A DNA stretch of 64,000 nucleotides from Chloroflexota bacterium (GCA_036741355.1 DAINSK010000008.1:19757-83756), one strand, 5' to 3'; counted from the stretch's first letter, positions 8,422 through 18,394 are shown. The notes: a model not told the origin generated them from the sequence alone. Translations and numbers: made by a program.

Positions 8422-10275
8422 ATGTGCGGAATCATCGGCTATGTGGGCAGCGAGCAGGCGGCGCCCATCCTGCTGCACGGGCTGTCAGAACTCGAGTACC
8501 GTGGCTACGACTCTTCGGGCATCGCCGTGCTGGACGGCGACCACATAGAGGTGGAGAAGCGCGCGGGGAAACTCGGGGTGCTGAGATCAGCCGTCGAGGG
8601 CATGCAGCCGGTTGGGACAGTCGGCATCGGCCACACGCGTTGGGCCACGCACGGCGGCGTTACCGATAAAAACGCTCATCCGCACCGCGACTGCACCGGC
8701 GACGTGGCTGTCATTCACAACGGGATCGTCGAAAACTTCGTTGCCCTGCGCGCCGAACTGCAGGATGCCGGCCACATCTTCATGTCAGAAACAGACACCG
8801 AGGTCGTCTCTCACCTGATCGAGTATTATCTGAACCTGGAAGAGCCACTTCTGGAAGCGACGCGGCTGGCCGTGAACCGTCTGGAGGGCGCGGCCGCGCT
8901 GGTGGTGGTCTCCAGTCGGGAGCCCGACCAGATCATCGGCGCGCGCATCAGCAATGCGGGCGCGGTGGTGGTGGGCTATGGCGAGGGCGAGATGTTCGTT
9001 GCGTCCGACCTGCTCGCGCTGCTGAAACACACGCGGCGAGTAGCCTATCTCGCCCATGGAGAATTGACGAAGCTGACGCGCGATGGTGCGACGTACATCG
9101 ATTCCAGCGGTGCGCCGGTCGTGAAGCAGCCGGTCACCGTTCCATACGACCCGGTTTCTGCTGAAAAGGGCCTCTACCGGCACTTCATGCAGAAGGAGAT
9201 TTTCGAGCAGCCCAGCTCCCTGACGTACACCATTGGGCAATACGCTGATATCGAGAACAACCAGATCAGGTTTGAAGGGGTACCGTTCACGCCTCAACAG
9301 GTCGCGCGCATTCGGCGGGTCGTCCTCGTAGCGATGGGCACCAGTCTGCACGCTGCGATGATTGGTCGATGCTACTTCGAGCGCATTTCGCGCATCCCGG
9401 CCGAAGTGGACAACGCAAGCGAGTTCCGCTACCGCCGTCCGGTGATCGGCCCGGATACGCTGGTCGTTTCAGTGTCCCAGTCGGGTGAAACGGTTGACAC
9501 TCTTGCGGCGATGGAGGAGGCGGGGCGGCACAAGGCGCTGCAAATAACGATCTGTAACGTCGACGGCGCGCAAACCACGCGTGTCGCCGATGGAGCGATC
9601 CTGACGCGCTGCGGTCTGGAAAAGGCCGTCGCCAGTACAAAGACCTACGTCGCATCGATCGCGGTCCTGTACATGCTCTCGGCCTGGCTGGGGTCGCGGC
9701 AGGGAACGCTGGACGGAAACAGACTCCAGGACCTGCTTGCCGACCTGATACGCGTCCCCAACCAGGTAGCGCGCGTCCTCGAAGCCTCCGAGTCGCCGGA
9801 CGGACCGTATGCCGATCTGGTACGAAAGTACGGCAACCAGAAGAACGCGCTATTCCTTGGGCGCGGGCTGCAGTACCCGGTTGCGATGGAGGGCGCGCTA
9901 AAGCTCAAAGAGATCAGCTACATGCACGCTGAGGGATATCCGGCGGGCGAGATGAAGCACGGACCGATCGCGCTGATCGACCGTGAGATGCCGGTGATCG
10001 TCCTGGCTCCGCGTGACAGTCTGTACGAAAAGATGTGTTCAAACATCCAGCAGATCCAGGCCAGGAAGGGCCGAACCATCGCAATAGGCACGGAGGGCGA
10101 GCAAGAACTTCAGACAATGGCCGAGGACGTGATCCTCGTGCCCCAGACCTCGGAGCTCCTGCTCCCGATTATCACCAGTATCCCCTTGCAACTGCTTGCT
10201 TATGCGATCGCAACCGCGCGCGGCAACGACGTGGATCAACCCCGCAACCTCGCGAAGACGGTTACGGTGGAGTAG
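8422..10275 (+). CDS. glmS: glutamine--fructose-6-phosphate aminotransferase (isomerising)
   Basis: 617 aa. The Ntn Cys start MCGIIGYVG, two SIS domains and a C-terminal ...KTVTVE. Confidence 0.97.
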   Translation: MCGIIGYVGSEQAAPILLHGLSELEYRGYDSSGIAVLDGDHIEVEKRAGKLGVLRSAVEGMQPVGTVGIGHTRWATHGGVTDKNAHPHRDCTGDVAVIHNGIVENFVALRAELQDAGHIFMSETDTEVVSHLIEYYLNLEEPLLEATRLAVNRLEGAAALVVVSSREPDQIIGARISNAGAVVVGYGEGEMFVASDLLALLKHTRRVAYLAHGELTKLTRDGATYIDSSGAPVVKQPVTVPYDPVSAEKGLYRHFMQKEIFEQPSSLTYTIGQYADIENNQIRFEGVPFTPQQVARIRRVVLVAMGTSLHAAMIGRCYFERISRIPAEVDNASEFRYRRPVIGPDTLVVSVSQSGETVDTLAAMEEAGRHKALQITICNVDGAQTTRVADGAILTRCGLEKAVASTKTYVASIAVLYMLSAWLGSRQGTLDGNRLQDLLADLIRVPNQVARVLEASESPDGPYADLVRKYGNQKNALFLGRGLQYPVAMEGALKLKEISYMHAEGYPAGEMKHGPIALIDREMPVIVLAPRDSLYEKMCSNIQQIQARKGRTIAIGTEGEQELQTMAEDVILVPQTSELLLPIITSIPLQLLAYAIATARGNDVDQPRNLAKTVTVE

Positions 10276-10298
10276 GCAGCTGCGCGGCCATGGGCCGC

Positions 10299-11849
10299 TC
10301 ACGCTGACGGCTCCGTAAGCGTGGCCGGGCCGCTGATGCAGACAAAGATGGCGTCCAGCCGGTTCAAGGTCGGCAGGTCGCTGGCCTGGGTCGCGCCCGG
10401 GAAGTATCCGCGGTAGCGGCCGCTACTCGGGTCCGAAAGCTTCCATATGCTAAGCAGCGATGCCTGCGGGCTGATGCCGTTGACCAGCGTGCCGGTAGGC
10501 GTATTATCCGCGAACGTGGATGGTACGTTGTTACAGCCGGCGGTAAGTGTGACGGTCCTGGATCCGCCGCTGATCGCCACCGAGGTCGTGGCTGCCACCG
10601 CGGCACCACTCGAATCCGTAACTGTTGCAACGGCTGTGTAGGTCCCGTTGGTGTTGTAGGTGTGCGAGGCGTTCGCGCAAGGGGCGCTGCTGTTGTTGTC
10701 GCCAAAGCTCCAAACGCAGGAGACGATGGTAGCGCCGGAATTCGTCGTGCTCGCGGTGGCGTTGAACGCGATCGGCGTGCCGCTGCTGCCCGTGTACGGC
10801 CCGCCCGTATTCGCCGTGACGCCGTTCGCCGTCGCGGTATTAGTGCCCGCTGTGCCGCCGCTCGAGGTGCCGCTCGAGGTGCCGCCGATCGTAGCTGTAG
10901 TCGTAGCCGAGCACGACTGGCTCGAGGAATCGGTTGCCGTCAGCGTAACGGTGTACGTTCCGGCCGCCGTGTAGGTATGGCTCGGGGACTGTCCGGATCC
11001 AGTGGTGTTGTCGCCGAAGCTCCATGAATACGAGCTGATCGTGGCCCCGGTGTTGAACGTCTGGGCGAAACCGCCGAAGCTGACGGGCTGATTGACTGCA
11101 CCGGTGTAGGGACCATTCGGCGCCACACGGACACTGCCGTTACAGGTCTGGCTGCCGCTGCCGCCCGTGCCCGTGACCGTCACGGTGACCGCGCCGCAGC
11201 CTACTCGACCGATTGAATCCGTGACCGTCAGTGTTACGAGATCGGTCCCGGTCGTGGAGTACCCGTGACTGGTTGTCGCGCCGATGCCGCTGCTGCCGTC
11301 ACCGAAGTTCCATAGGTAAGTGGCGGTGCCGGCCGCGCCGCTGACGCTAGAACTGAAGTTGACCGGTGTATTGACGGGCACATTGGTCCCATTCGCAATC
11401 ACGTTCACGGTGATCGGGTTCCCGGCAGTGGGGTTGCAACTCCCGGTAGTACCGCCGCTTCCGGTAATGGTCGCCGTGGTCGACACGCTGCCACCATTGC
11501 CGCATGAATCCTGCGCCTGAAACTGCACGATGTATGTTCCGGCCGTCGTGTATGGGTGAGTAACGCTTTGACCGCTGGCCGTTGTGGTATCGCCGAAAAC
11601 CCACGTAAAGGTTGGAGTACTGCACGGCGAACCGCCGGTCACGCTACCAAACATTGTAACCGCGTTGCCCGTCGTTCCCGTATATGGTCCCGTGGTTGCG
11701 ACTGTCAACGTCGCGGCGTGCACCGGTCGCGTCACGTGTGTACTTGCGAACAGAACCACAACCAACGGCGCCGCCCACAACAGTCGCCGGAGCAGCCGCA
11801 CGCCCGGTCCTTCAATAGTGGTTCCAGCGCCGGATGAAAGTCGACTCAT
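10299..11849 (-). CDS. secreted Thr/Gly/Ser-rich protein with four or more PKD-like repeats and a unique C-terminal domain
   Basis: A signal peptide (LLWAAPLVVVLFASTHV) is followed by repeated GPYTG...F..S....WxFGDG..S....H.Y...G.Y.V.L.V.D units. The start is probably M11 of the ORF (11849), though 11879 is possible. Confidence 0.7.
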   Translation of the reverse strand: MSRLSSGAGTTIEGPGVRLLRRLLWAAPLVVVLFASTHVTRPVHAATLTVATTGPYTGTTGNAVTMFGSVTGGSPCSTPTFTWVFGDTTTASGQSVTHPYTTAGTYIVQFQAQDSCGNGGSVSTTATITGSGGTTGSCNPTAGNPITVNVIANGTNVPVNTPVNFSSSVSGAAGTATYLWNFGDGSSGIGATTSHGYSTTGTDLVTLTVTDSIGRVGCGAVTVTVTGTGGSGSQTCNGSVRVAPNGPYTGAVNQPVSFGGFAQTFNTGATISSYSWSFGDNTTGSGQSPSHTYTAAGTYTVTLTATDSSSQSCSATTTATIGGTSSGTSSGGTAGTNTATANGVTANTGGPYTGSSGTPIAFNATASTTNSGATIVSCVWSFGDNNSSAPCANASHTYNTNGTYTAVATVTDSSGAAVAATTSVAISGGSRTVTLTAGCNNVPSTFADNTPTGTLVNGISPQASLLSIWKLSDPSSGRYRGYFPGATQASDLPTLNRLDAIFVCISGPATLTEPSA

Positions 11850-12022
11850 GCCGCACCCCCTGCGAGGATTTCCGCCCAAGCGTATAGCAACTATAGCCGT
11901 TATACCATAACGACGCGTTGGAGTCAGGTGTCAGACGGGATCTTTACGAGCTGAATTATGTCGAATTGTAGACAAACTGTCGATGCATTCGCGATCATAT
12001 CGCTCAAGGGATTGAGACGGCT

Positions 12023-13135
12023 ATGGGCACTACAGCAGTCGAAGACGCCGAAAAGCGGCAGCATTTTACCACGGTTCGCGAGATGCTCGACGCGCGTGAA
12101 CGTGCTCTGTCGCCGTTCGCCGCCCGCGGAGCGACCAGCCGTGGACGCGAGCGCCCCGAGCCCCCGTCGCCGTTGCGAACCGAATATCAACGCGATCGCG
12201 ACCGGATCTTGCATTCGAAGGCCTTTCGCCGGCTGAAGCACAAGACGCAGGTCTTCATCGCCCCGGCCGGTGACCACTACGTCACACGCATGACCCACAC
12301 ACTGGAAGTGGCGCAGATCGCGCGCACGATTACCCGCGCCCTCAACCTCAACGAGGATCTCGCCGAAGCCATCTCCCTGGCGCACGACATCGGCCACGCC
12401 CCGTTCGGACACGCCGGCGAGGAGGCGCTCGCCGATCTGCTCGGCTTGAGTTGGCGGCACAACGAACAGGGAGCCCGCGTCGTCGAAAAGCTCGAGAATA
12501 ACGGGCGGGGCCTGAACCTGACCTGGGAAGTGCGGGAAGGGATCGTTAAAAGCTCAAAAGTGCGCGAGGATATCTTTGCTGAGGCATGGGGCACCGCCTC
12601 GACGTTGGAGGGCCAGGCGCTCAAGATCGCCGACGCCGTCGCCTATCTCAACCACGACATTCTCGACGCGATTAGGGCGGGTCTTCTCACCGAGGAAGCG
12701 CTACCGGCTGACGTCATCCGGGTCCTTGGTTCGTCTCATGGCGACCGGATCAATACGCTTGTCAGCGACATCGTCAACGCGTCATGGCCTGCAACCGGCG
12801 AGGTGCCGGGCGTAACCGAGCCCGCAATTGCGATGAGCGACGAGGTGCGGCGGGTGACGAACGAGCTGCGCGAGTTCATGTTCGAAAACGTCTACCTGCT
12901 CGAAGAACGCCAGGCGGAAGTTCTGCAGGCGCGCGAGATTCTCGGCCATTTGTTCAGCTACTACGTACAGCATCCCGAACAGCTACCCGAAGGATTTTCG
13001 CTGCCTGACGATCCCCTCCGCCAGCGTGTTACCGACTACATCTCGGGCATGACCGACCGTTTTGCCATCCGGCTGGCGGCGTCGCTGGGCAGCAAACCGG
13101 CGCGACAGTGGCTCGACCGGAACATGGAGCTGTGA
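12023..13135 (+). CDS. dgt: dGTP triphosphohydrolase-like HD-domain protein
   Basis: YQRDRDRILHSKAFRRLKHKTQVF...HYVTRMTHTLEVAQIAR...LAHDIGHAPFGH are the HD motifs of dGTPase family proteins. Confidence 0.9.
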   Translation: MGTTAVEDAEKRQHFTTVREMLDARERALSPFAARGATSRGRERPEPPSPLRTEYQRDRDRILHSKAFRRLKHKTQVFIAPAGDHYVTRMTHTLEVAQIARTITRALNLNEDLAEAISLAHDIGHAPFGHAGEEALADLLGLSWRHNEQGARVVEKLENNGRGLNLTWEVREGIVKSSKVREDIFAEAWGTASTLEGQALKIADAVAYLNHDILDAIRAGLLTEEALPADVIRVLGSSHGDRINTLVSDIVNASWPATGEVPGVTEPAIAMSDEVRRVTNELREFMFENVYLLEERQAEVLQAREILGHLFSYYVQHPEQLPEGFSLPDDPLRQRVTDYISGMTDRFAIRLAASLGSKPARQWLDRNMEL

Positions 13136-13175
13136 TCCTTCACCGGCAACCGCACACTCCCAGGCCAGCCACCAT

Positions 13176-13868
13176 ATGACACTCGCCCAGCAGCGAATCC
13201 TCTGGGCCATGGCGTCCGCGGCCGGCATCCTGTTCATATTCTTGTTGGCAGTCATATTCATTGGCGGGAATGGCAAGAAGCGAGGCGGCATCGTCGAGAT
13301 TCGAACCGTTTCGAGCACACCCACCGCCGCGTCGAGCCTCGGCGCATCACCTTCACCGCGGGCGACCGCGCCGCGGCTTCCCACCTCTGTCCCAATTCTC
13401 GCCGCACCAACCGCTGCTCCTTTCGCAACACCAAGCCCCACGCCAACGCCTGCCCTGACTCCGTCGCCAACTCCTAGCCCAACGCCCGTGTCTCCGCCAG
13501 CTCCGACGCCCGCTGCCGGCCGCGGGCTCCCGGACCTTGTGCTGCAAGACTTCAGCGTCATCTCCGGCGGGTCGGGGGTGGGATTCATACAGGTGGTGAT
13601 CGGAAACGCCGGAGACGGGGATCTTGTGAGCCAACAGATCGAAATTATTGGCGTCGATCAAACAGACACCCAGGTGCTGCACACGACAACCGGCGCGGTG
13701 ACCATTTCCGCACGCGGCTCGTTGACCATTACAACCGGTTACAAGCCGGCCCAGCGCACCATGCTAACCGTAGTGATCAATCCAAACGGGACAATCCGCG
13801 AGGCCGATGCCCCACCGGGTTTCGGTGACCCGAACAATGCGCTAACCAAGACCGTTGTGCCACCTTAA
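13176..13868 (+). CDS. membrane-anchored protein with a Pro/Thr/Ser/Ala-rich linker and a C-terminal CARDB-like beta domain
   Basis: The protein has an N-terminal TM helix (ILWAMASAAGILFIFLLAVIFI), a PT-rich linker, and then LPDLVLQDFSVISGG...QVVIGNAGDGD. The ATG at 13176 avoids an overlap with dgt. Confidence 0.55.
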   Translation: MTLAQQRILWAMASAAGILFIFLLAVIFIGGNGKKRGGIVEIRTVSSTPTAASSLGASPSPRATAPRLPTSVPILAAPTAAPFATPSPTPTPALTPSPTPSPTPVSPPAPTPAAGRGLPDLVLQDFSVISGGSGVGFIQVVIGNAGDGDLVSQQIEIIGVDQTDTQVLHTTTGAVTISARGSLTITTGYKPAQRTMLTVVINPNGTIREADAPPGFGDPNNALTKTVVPP

Positions 13869-13963
13869 ACCGAGATGCAATCTCCGCCTCGCGAATTGTT
13901 AGAAACTCTGTCCAGGCCGTAACTTTCGCCGCCCCTCGGTGTTCTAACCGGTATGGGGGACGA

Positions 13964-15946
13964 ATGAACGATAACGCGATCGAAACCGTCCGCCAGCGCG
14001 TCGATATCGTCGAACTCGTCGGTGAGCAGGTCCAGCTACAGAAGTCCGGCCGAAACTTCAAGGCGAACTGCCCCTTTCACAGCGAAAAAACACCGTCGTT
14101 CTACGTATACCCCGAGCGCCAGACATGGCACTGCTTCGGCGCCTGCGCTACTGGAGGCGATGTCTTTTCGTTCGTAATGACTCGCGAAAACGCGGGATTT
14201 GGTGAGGCACTTCGCACGTTGGCCGAGCGAGCGGGGATCGTGCTGGAAAAGACGCGGCCTGATGAGAGCTCACAGCCACGGGACCGGCTGATCGCCGCAA
14301 ACGAGGCCGCGATCGCGTACTTTCGGCAAGCTTTGCAAGGCAGTTCCACCGGCGAAGAGGCTCGCACATACGTGTCGCGCCGCGGGCTCGACGCTCCGAC
14401 TGTCGCCGTGTTCGAGCTGGGGTTCGCTCCCGACGGCTGGGACAACTTGCGGAGTTATCTGCTGGGGAAGGGGTTCAGCGAGGAGGAGCAACTTGAAGCG
14501 GGTCTGTTGACCACGGGCGAACGCGGCAGCCCGTACGATCGCTTCCGCCGCCGGTTGATCTTTCCGATCCGCGACGACCGCGGACGCGCGGTGGGCTTCG
14601 GCGGCCGGGCGCTTGACGACGCCAAGCCAAAGTACCTCAACACGCCGCAAACGCCGCTGTTCGACAAAAGCAACATACTGTTCCTGCTTGATCGGGCGAA
14701 AGACGCGATCCGCAGCGCCGGCGAAGCGGTCGTGGTGGAAGGGTACCTGGACGCAATCACCGCCCATCAGTTCGGCTACGCCAACGTCGTGGCTACGCTG
14801 GGCACCGCGATCACTGAGCGGCACGTGCAGCTACTGAAGCGGCTGAGCCACAAGGTCACGCTCTGCATGGATGCCGACGCCGCCGGCCAGGACGCTGCGC
14901 TGCGCGGAGAAGAGGTGGCGCGGACGCTCAGGCTCGACGATGGCGCGATGACCGAGGCCGTAGTGGCGTGGGACGGGCTGGTGCGCGTACAAGCACGGTC
15001 GCCCATAGAGCTACGGGTGTTCACGGTGCCGTCCGGCAAAGACCCGGACGAGGCGATCCGCGAAGATACGGTTGCTTGGCCGGCGTGGGTGGCGGCGGCG
15101 ATGCCGCCCTTTGAGTTCCGCCTCCGACGTGAGGAGGATCGGACAAACATGAACGATCCGCGGGCGCGTGTCGAACTTGCGGACCGGATGCTGCCGCTGT
15201 TGCTGCAAATAGGCGACCCGGCGCTGCAGGCTTCGTACATCGCAAAGCTGGCGGGAAAGGCCGCCGTCAGCCCTGAGACGTTGCGGGCGAGATTGCGCAC
15301 CCTCTTGCCAAACAAAGCCGCCGGACAGCCGTTGCCGGCGCGTGAGCGCGTCTCTCGGCCGCTGGAGAGGCCGGAATCCGCACAACGGCGAGAAGACAAG
15401 GTGGAGGCATTTACGCTGGCGCTGCTGTTGAGACACCCCAACCTTCGCGAAGCCGGCGAGGCTCTGGCAGTGGCGATGTTTCATGAGTCGGCTCACCGCG
15501 AAATATTTGCAGCGTGGCGGCGGTCGGCTGAGCTTGATGCCGCGTCGTTGCCCGAAGAGCTGCGGTACGTTTACTCGAATTTGCTGGAGCAGCGAATTCC
15601 GCCGTTCGATGCGCCTTCTGCCGAGCTGGCGCTGATCGACGCCGTACAGCAACTCCGTATGCGGCAGATCGGCGAACAGAAGCGGCTCGTAACCGCCGAG
15701 CTGGCGGAAATGCAATCGGAAGTGGGCCCGCAGGCTGCCACCGGACGTGCGATGGAATGGGACCGCGCTACTTCGGCCACGACTGACCATGAAAGTGAGC
15801 CGTCGCTCGCAATCGCCAGTCACATGCGGGCCGACGAATACCTGATGCGTGAGCTCCACGCGCTCGAGTGGGAGAAACGCACGCATCGGACACCCCGTTG
15901 GGCCGGGGCGGACGTGGACCGCGAAAACTCGGCGCAACAGAGCTGA
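13964..15946 (+). CDS. dnaG: DNA primase
   Basis: A zinc-binding CPFHSEKTPSF...WHCFGCATGGD region is followed by a TOPRIM domain (EGYLDAITAHQFG). Confidence 0.95.
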   Translation: MNDNAIETVRQRVDIVELVGEQVQLQKSGRNFKANCPFHSEKTPSFYVYPERQTWHCFGACATGGDVFSFVMTRENAGFGEALRTLAERAGIVLEKTRPDESSQPRDRLIAANEAAIAYFRQALQGSSTGEEARTYVSRRGLDAPTVAVFELGFAPDGWDNLRSYLLGKGFSEEEQLEAGLLTTGERGSPYDRFRRRLIFPIRDDRGRAVGFGGRALDDAKPKYLNTPQTPLFDKSNILFLLDRAKDAIRSAGEAVVVEGYLDAITAHQFGYANVVATLGTAITERHVQLLKRLSHKVTLCMDADAAGQDAALRGEEVARTLRLDDGAMTEAVVAWDGLVRVQARSPIELRVFTVPSGKDPDEAIREDTVAWPAWVAAAMPPFEFRLRREEDRTNMNDPRARVELADRMLPLLLQIGDPALQASYIAKLAGKAAVSPETLRARLRTLLPNKAAGQPLPARERVSRPLERPESAQRREDKVEAFTLALLLRHPNLREAGEALAVAMFHESAHREIFAAWRRSAELDAASLPEELRYVYSNLLEQRIPPFDAPSAELALIDAVQQLRMRQIGEQKRLVTAELAEMQSEVGPQAATGRAMEWDRATSATTDHESEPSLAIASHMRADEYLMRELHALEWEKRTHRTPRWAGADVDRENSAQQS

Positions 15947-15984
15947 AGGTACGGGCCGAGGGTACAAAATGCGTTGGTGGTTCC

Positions 15985-16014
15985 TTGTATGGGTATTGAG
16001 TAGAGAGGTATGAT
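15985..16014 (+). promoter_or_regulatory. candidate promoter for rpoD (TTGTAT, 18-nt spacer, TATGAT)
   Basis: An AT-richer patch lies between dnaG and rpoD. The -10 element overlaps the first ATG of the ORF track (16010), which argues that rpoD starts at 16037. Confidence 0.35.
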
Positions 16015-16036
16015 AGTTGTGCCGAAGAACAAGAAC

Positions 16037-17656
16037 ATGAGCCGTACGGATATCCTGGAACGTACCGAGGACCGGCGCGCGACCCTCTCGCCGTCTGACG
16101 GTCCACAAGGCCGCGAATCCACGCGAACCAAGCCGAAACTCGAGTTGCTTCAGCCTGATGAGAATGGACCCGGTGCGGCGGACTCCCTGATAGCACCGCT
16201 GCTGTCGAGCCGTGCCAAGGCCGCGGTGCTCGCGCCACTGGACGACATCGCCGAGCCGGACGTCATTCCGGGCAAGCTCGAGGAAGAGGAGGAGGAGGAA
16301 GAGGAAGAGGAAGAGGAAGTGCCCAGGAAGGGTATAGAGGCCGGCCTCCCTCTCGAAGAGCAGGAAGGGATCGACGATCCCGTCCGCATGTACCTGCGCG
16401 AGATTGGCAAGGTGTCGCTGCTTTCTGCCGACGACGAGAAGCGACTCGCCCGGCAGATGGAGGAAGGCAAGCACATCACCCGGCTCGAGCAGAGCTGGCA
16501 GCAGAGTATGGGCCGTCCCGCCCGGACGGCAGACGTGGTCTACATGCTCTTCATGGAGCTTGCCGACCTCGAGCCGATCATGAAGTCGATCATGGAATAC
16601 GCCGGCACGACTGCGAAGGACCTCGCCGGTATTATCGGCGACACGGCGCTGCGCAAGGTCATCGACGGCGAAATGGACCTGGAGGCGGCCGAGAAGGTTC
16701 GCCAGGACCACGGCTACCCGCAGGACGAGCAACTGCTGGCAGAGCACGCGATCGTCAGGCTCTCGATCGTTACCCATATCCTCAACCCAGACCTCGTCCG
16801 CGGGGTTCAGGACGCGGTTGGTCCGAAGGTTTCGCTCTTGCCGCCTCCGAACGACCTGCCGCAGCGGATAGTCGAGCATCCGAAGGCGCTCAAGCCGTTT
16901 GACGAACTGCTGCGCCGCCTGGACGACGAAGGCGCGCGTGCAGAAAAGCGACTAACCGAGGCCAACCTCCGCCTCGTTGTCTCTGTGGCAAAGAAGTACA
17001 TCGGTCGTGGCATGTCGCTGCTCGACCTCATCCAGGAAGGCAATATTGGCCTGATTCGGGCGGTCGAGAAGTTCGACTACCGCAAGGGCTACAAATTCAG
17101 CACGTACGCGACGTGGTGGATCCGACAGGCGATCACGCGCGCGATCGCCGACCAGGCACGGACGATCCGCATCCCCGTGCACATGGTTGAAACGATCAAC
17201 AAGCTGGTTCGTGTCAGCCGCAGGCTTGTGCAGGAGTATGGTCGCGAGCCGACAAGCGAAGAGATCGGACGCGGTATGGAAATCACGCCCGAGAAGGTGC
17301 GCGAAATCATCAAGGTTTCGCAGGAACCGGTGTCCTTGGAGACGCCGATCGGCGAGGAAGAGGACAGCCACCTCGGCGACTTCATCGAAGACCACGGCGC
17401 TCTGGCGCCGGCCGACGCCGCTTCGCACCAACTGCTCAAAGAGCAGGTCGAGGACGTGCTGGCATCGCTAACCGGCCGCGAGCGCCGGGTGCTGCAGCTT
17501 CGATTCGGTCTCGAAGACGGCCGCAGCCGCACCCTCGAAGAGGTCGGACGGGAGTTCGGCGTGACGCGCGAGCGCATTCGCCAGATCGAGGCCAAAGCAC
17601 TCCGCAAACTGCGCCATCCGTCCCGGTCCAAGAAGCTGAAGGATTATTTGGATTGA
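16037..17656 (+). CDS. rpoD: RNA polymerase primary sigma factor (sigma-70/RpoD)
   Basis: Regions 1.2 to 4 are present ([51 protein letters not shown]; region 4 [30 protein letters not shown]). The acidic 1.1-like region has a 20-residue Glu run. Confidence 0.95.
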   Translation: MSRTDILERTEDRRATLSPSDGPQGRESTRTKPKLELLQPDENGPGAADSLIAPLLSSRAKAAVLAPLDDIAEPDVIPGKLEEEEEEEEEEEEEVPRKGIEAGLPLEEQEGIDDPVRMYLREIGKVSLLSADDEKRLARQMEEGKHITRLEQSWQQSMGRPARTADVVYMLFMELADLEPIMKSIMEYAGTTAKDLAGIIGDTALRKVIDGEMDLEAAEKVRQDHGYPQDEQLLAEHAIVRLSIVTHILNPDLVRGVQDAVGPKVSLLPPPNDLPQRIVEHPKALKPFDELLRRLDDEGARAEKRLTEANLRLVVSVAKKYIGRGMSLLDLIQEGNIGLIRAVEKFDYRKGYKFSTYATWWIRQAITRAIADQARTIRIPVHMVETINKLVRVSRRLVQEYGREPTSEEIGRGMEITPEKVREIIKVSQEPVSLETPIGEEEDSHLGDFIEDHGALAPADAASHQLLKEQVEDVLASLTGRERRVLQLRFGLEDGRSRTLEEVGREFGVTRERIRQIEAKALRKLRHPSRSKKLKDYLD

Positions 17657-17680
17657 AACCAGATGGGGGTTAGCCAACCA

Positions 17681-17899
17681 ATGCCGCTCTACGAGTATTA
17701 CTGCCCGTCTTGTCAGGCAAAGTTTGAGAAGCTTCGGTCGATGGCGTCCGCTGACGAGTCGGTGCGCTGCAATGCAGGCCACGAAGGGGCACGGCGCCTG
17801 ATCTCGGTCTTTGCCGTCAGCGGCCGCTCCGGAGAGCAGGAGACGCTGCCCGCCGCGGGCGGCTGCTGCGGTGGCGGCGGCTGCTCCTGCGGGCGGTGA
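17681..17899 (+). CDS. FmdB-family zinc-ribbon protein
   Basis: MPLYEYYCPSCQAKFEKL...VRCNAGH is a CxxC...CxxGH ribbon. It has a Gly/Cys-rich tail CCGGGGCSCGR. The start at 17681 follows the family consensus (MPxYEYxC), though the ORF can extend to 17663. Confidence 0.75.
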   Translation: MPLYEYYCPSCQAKFEKLRSMASADESVRCNAGHEGARRLISVFAVSGRSGEQETLPAAGGCCGGGGCSCGR

Positions 17900-17948
17900 A
17901 CCTCACCCCCTTCCCCTCTCCATCCTTGCGGATGGAGAGGGGCGATCC
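17900..17948. repeat. GC-rich palindromic repeat, copy 1 (left terminal inverted repeat of a MITE-like unit)
   Basis: The sequence is cctcacccccttc followed by a perfect 13-bp hairpin cccctctccatcc-ttgc-ggatggagagggg and then cgatcc. It starts 1 nt after the fmdB-like stop. Confidence 0.7.
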
Positions 17949-18000
17949 TGTTGCGCTGGAACGGACTGGTGGGAATGCGTGAAGATCGTTGTAGCCCCAC

Positions 18001-18392
18001 GTGGTGAGGGGAAGGGGGCCTGACGCCCGCAGTTATTTGCGCAGGCAGCAAACGACCGCGGAACAGACTTTCTGGGAAATGGTGCGGGATCGCCGCTTCG
18101 CCGGGTTCAAGTTTCGACGCCAGTATGCAATTGCCGCTTCATCACGGACTTCTACTGTGCAGAGTTGAAACTTGCCGTCGAGTTAGACGGCGAGGTCCAT
18201 AAGTCGCTCGCAGAACGCGACCGTGCCCGCAATGCCCTAATTTCCGATCACGCGAACCGGGTAGTACGCATTACCAACGACGAACTACTCGCAGATCCAC
18301 CAGCGGTCCTCGCAAAGCTACTCGCACTGTCAGGGCAACCAAGGATCGCCCCCTCTCCATCGCTTGGCGATGGAGAGGGGGATGGGGGGTGA
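18001..18392 (+). pseudogene. DUF559 (Vsr-like endonuclease fold) gene disrupted by a -1 frameshift
   Basis: Frame 1 reads ...RRQQTTAEQTFWEMVRDRRFAGFKFRRQYAIA and then hits a stop. Frame 3 continues ITDFYCAELKLAVELDGEVHKSLAERDRARNALISDHANRVVRITNDELL. Joined, these are the DUF559 consensus (FKFRRQ...PIG.YIVDFYC...ELDG), so a 1-nt deletion near 18150 is implied. Confidence 0.65.
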
Positions 18393-18394
18393 GG
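18343..18394. repeat. GC-rich palindromic repeat, copy 2 (inverted orientation relative to copy 1; right terminal inverted repeat)
   Basis: The sequence is ggatcg followed by a perfect 15-bp hairpin ccccctctccatcgc-ttg-gcgatggagaggggg and then gatggggggtgagg. Its reverse complement aligns with copy 1 along its entire length. Confidence 0.7.

Noticed and set aside
13062-13175. Upstream extension of the CARDB-like gene to 13062, overlapping dgt by 74 nt
   Set aside because: The extension is Arg/Trp-rich and lacks a signal or TM segment. The ATG at 13176 lies just before the TM helix and avoids the overlap.
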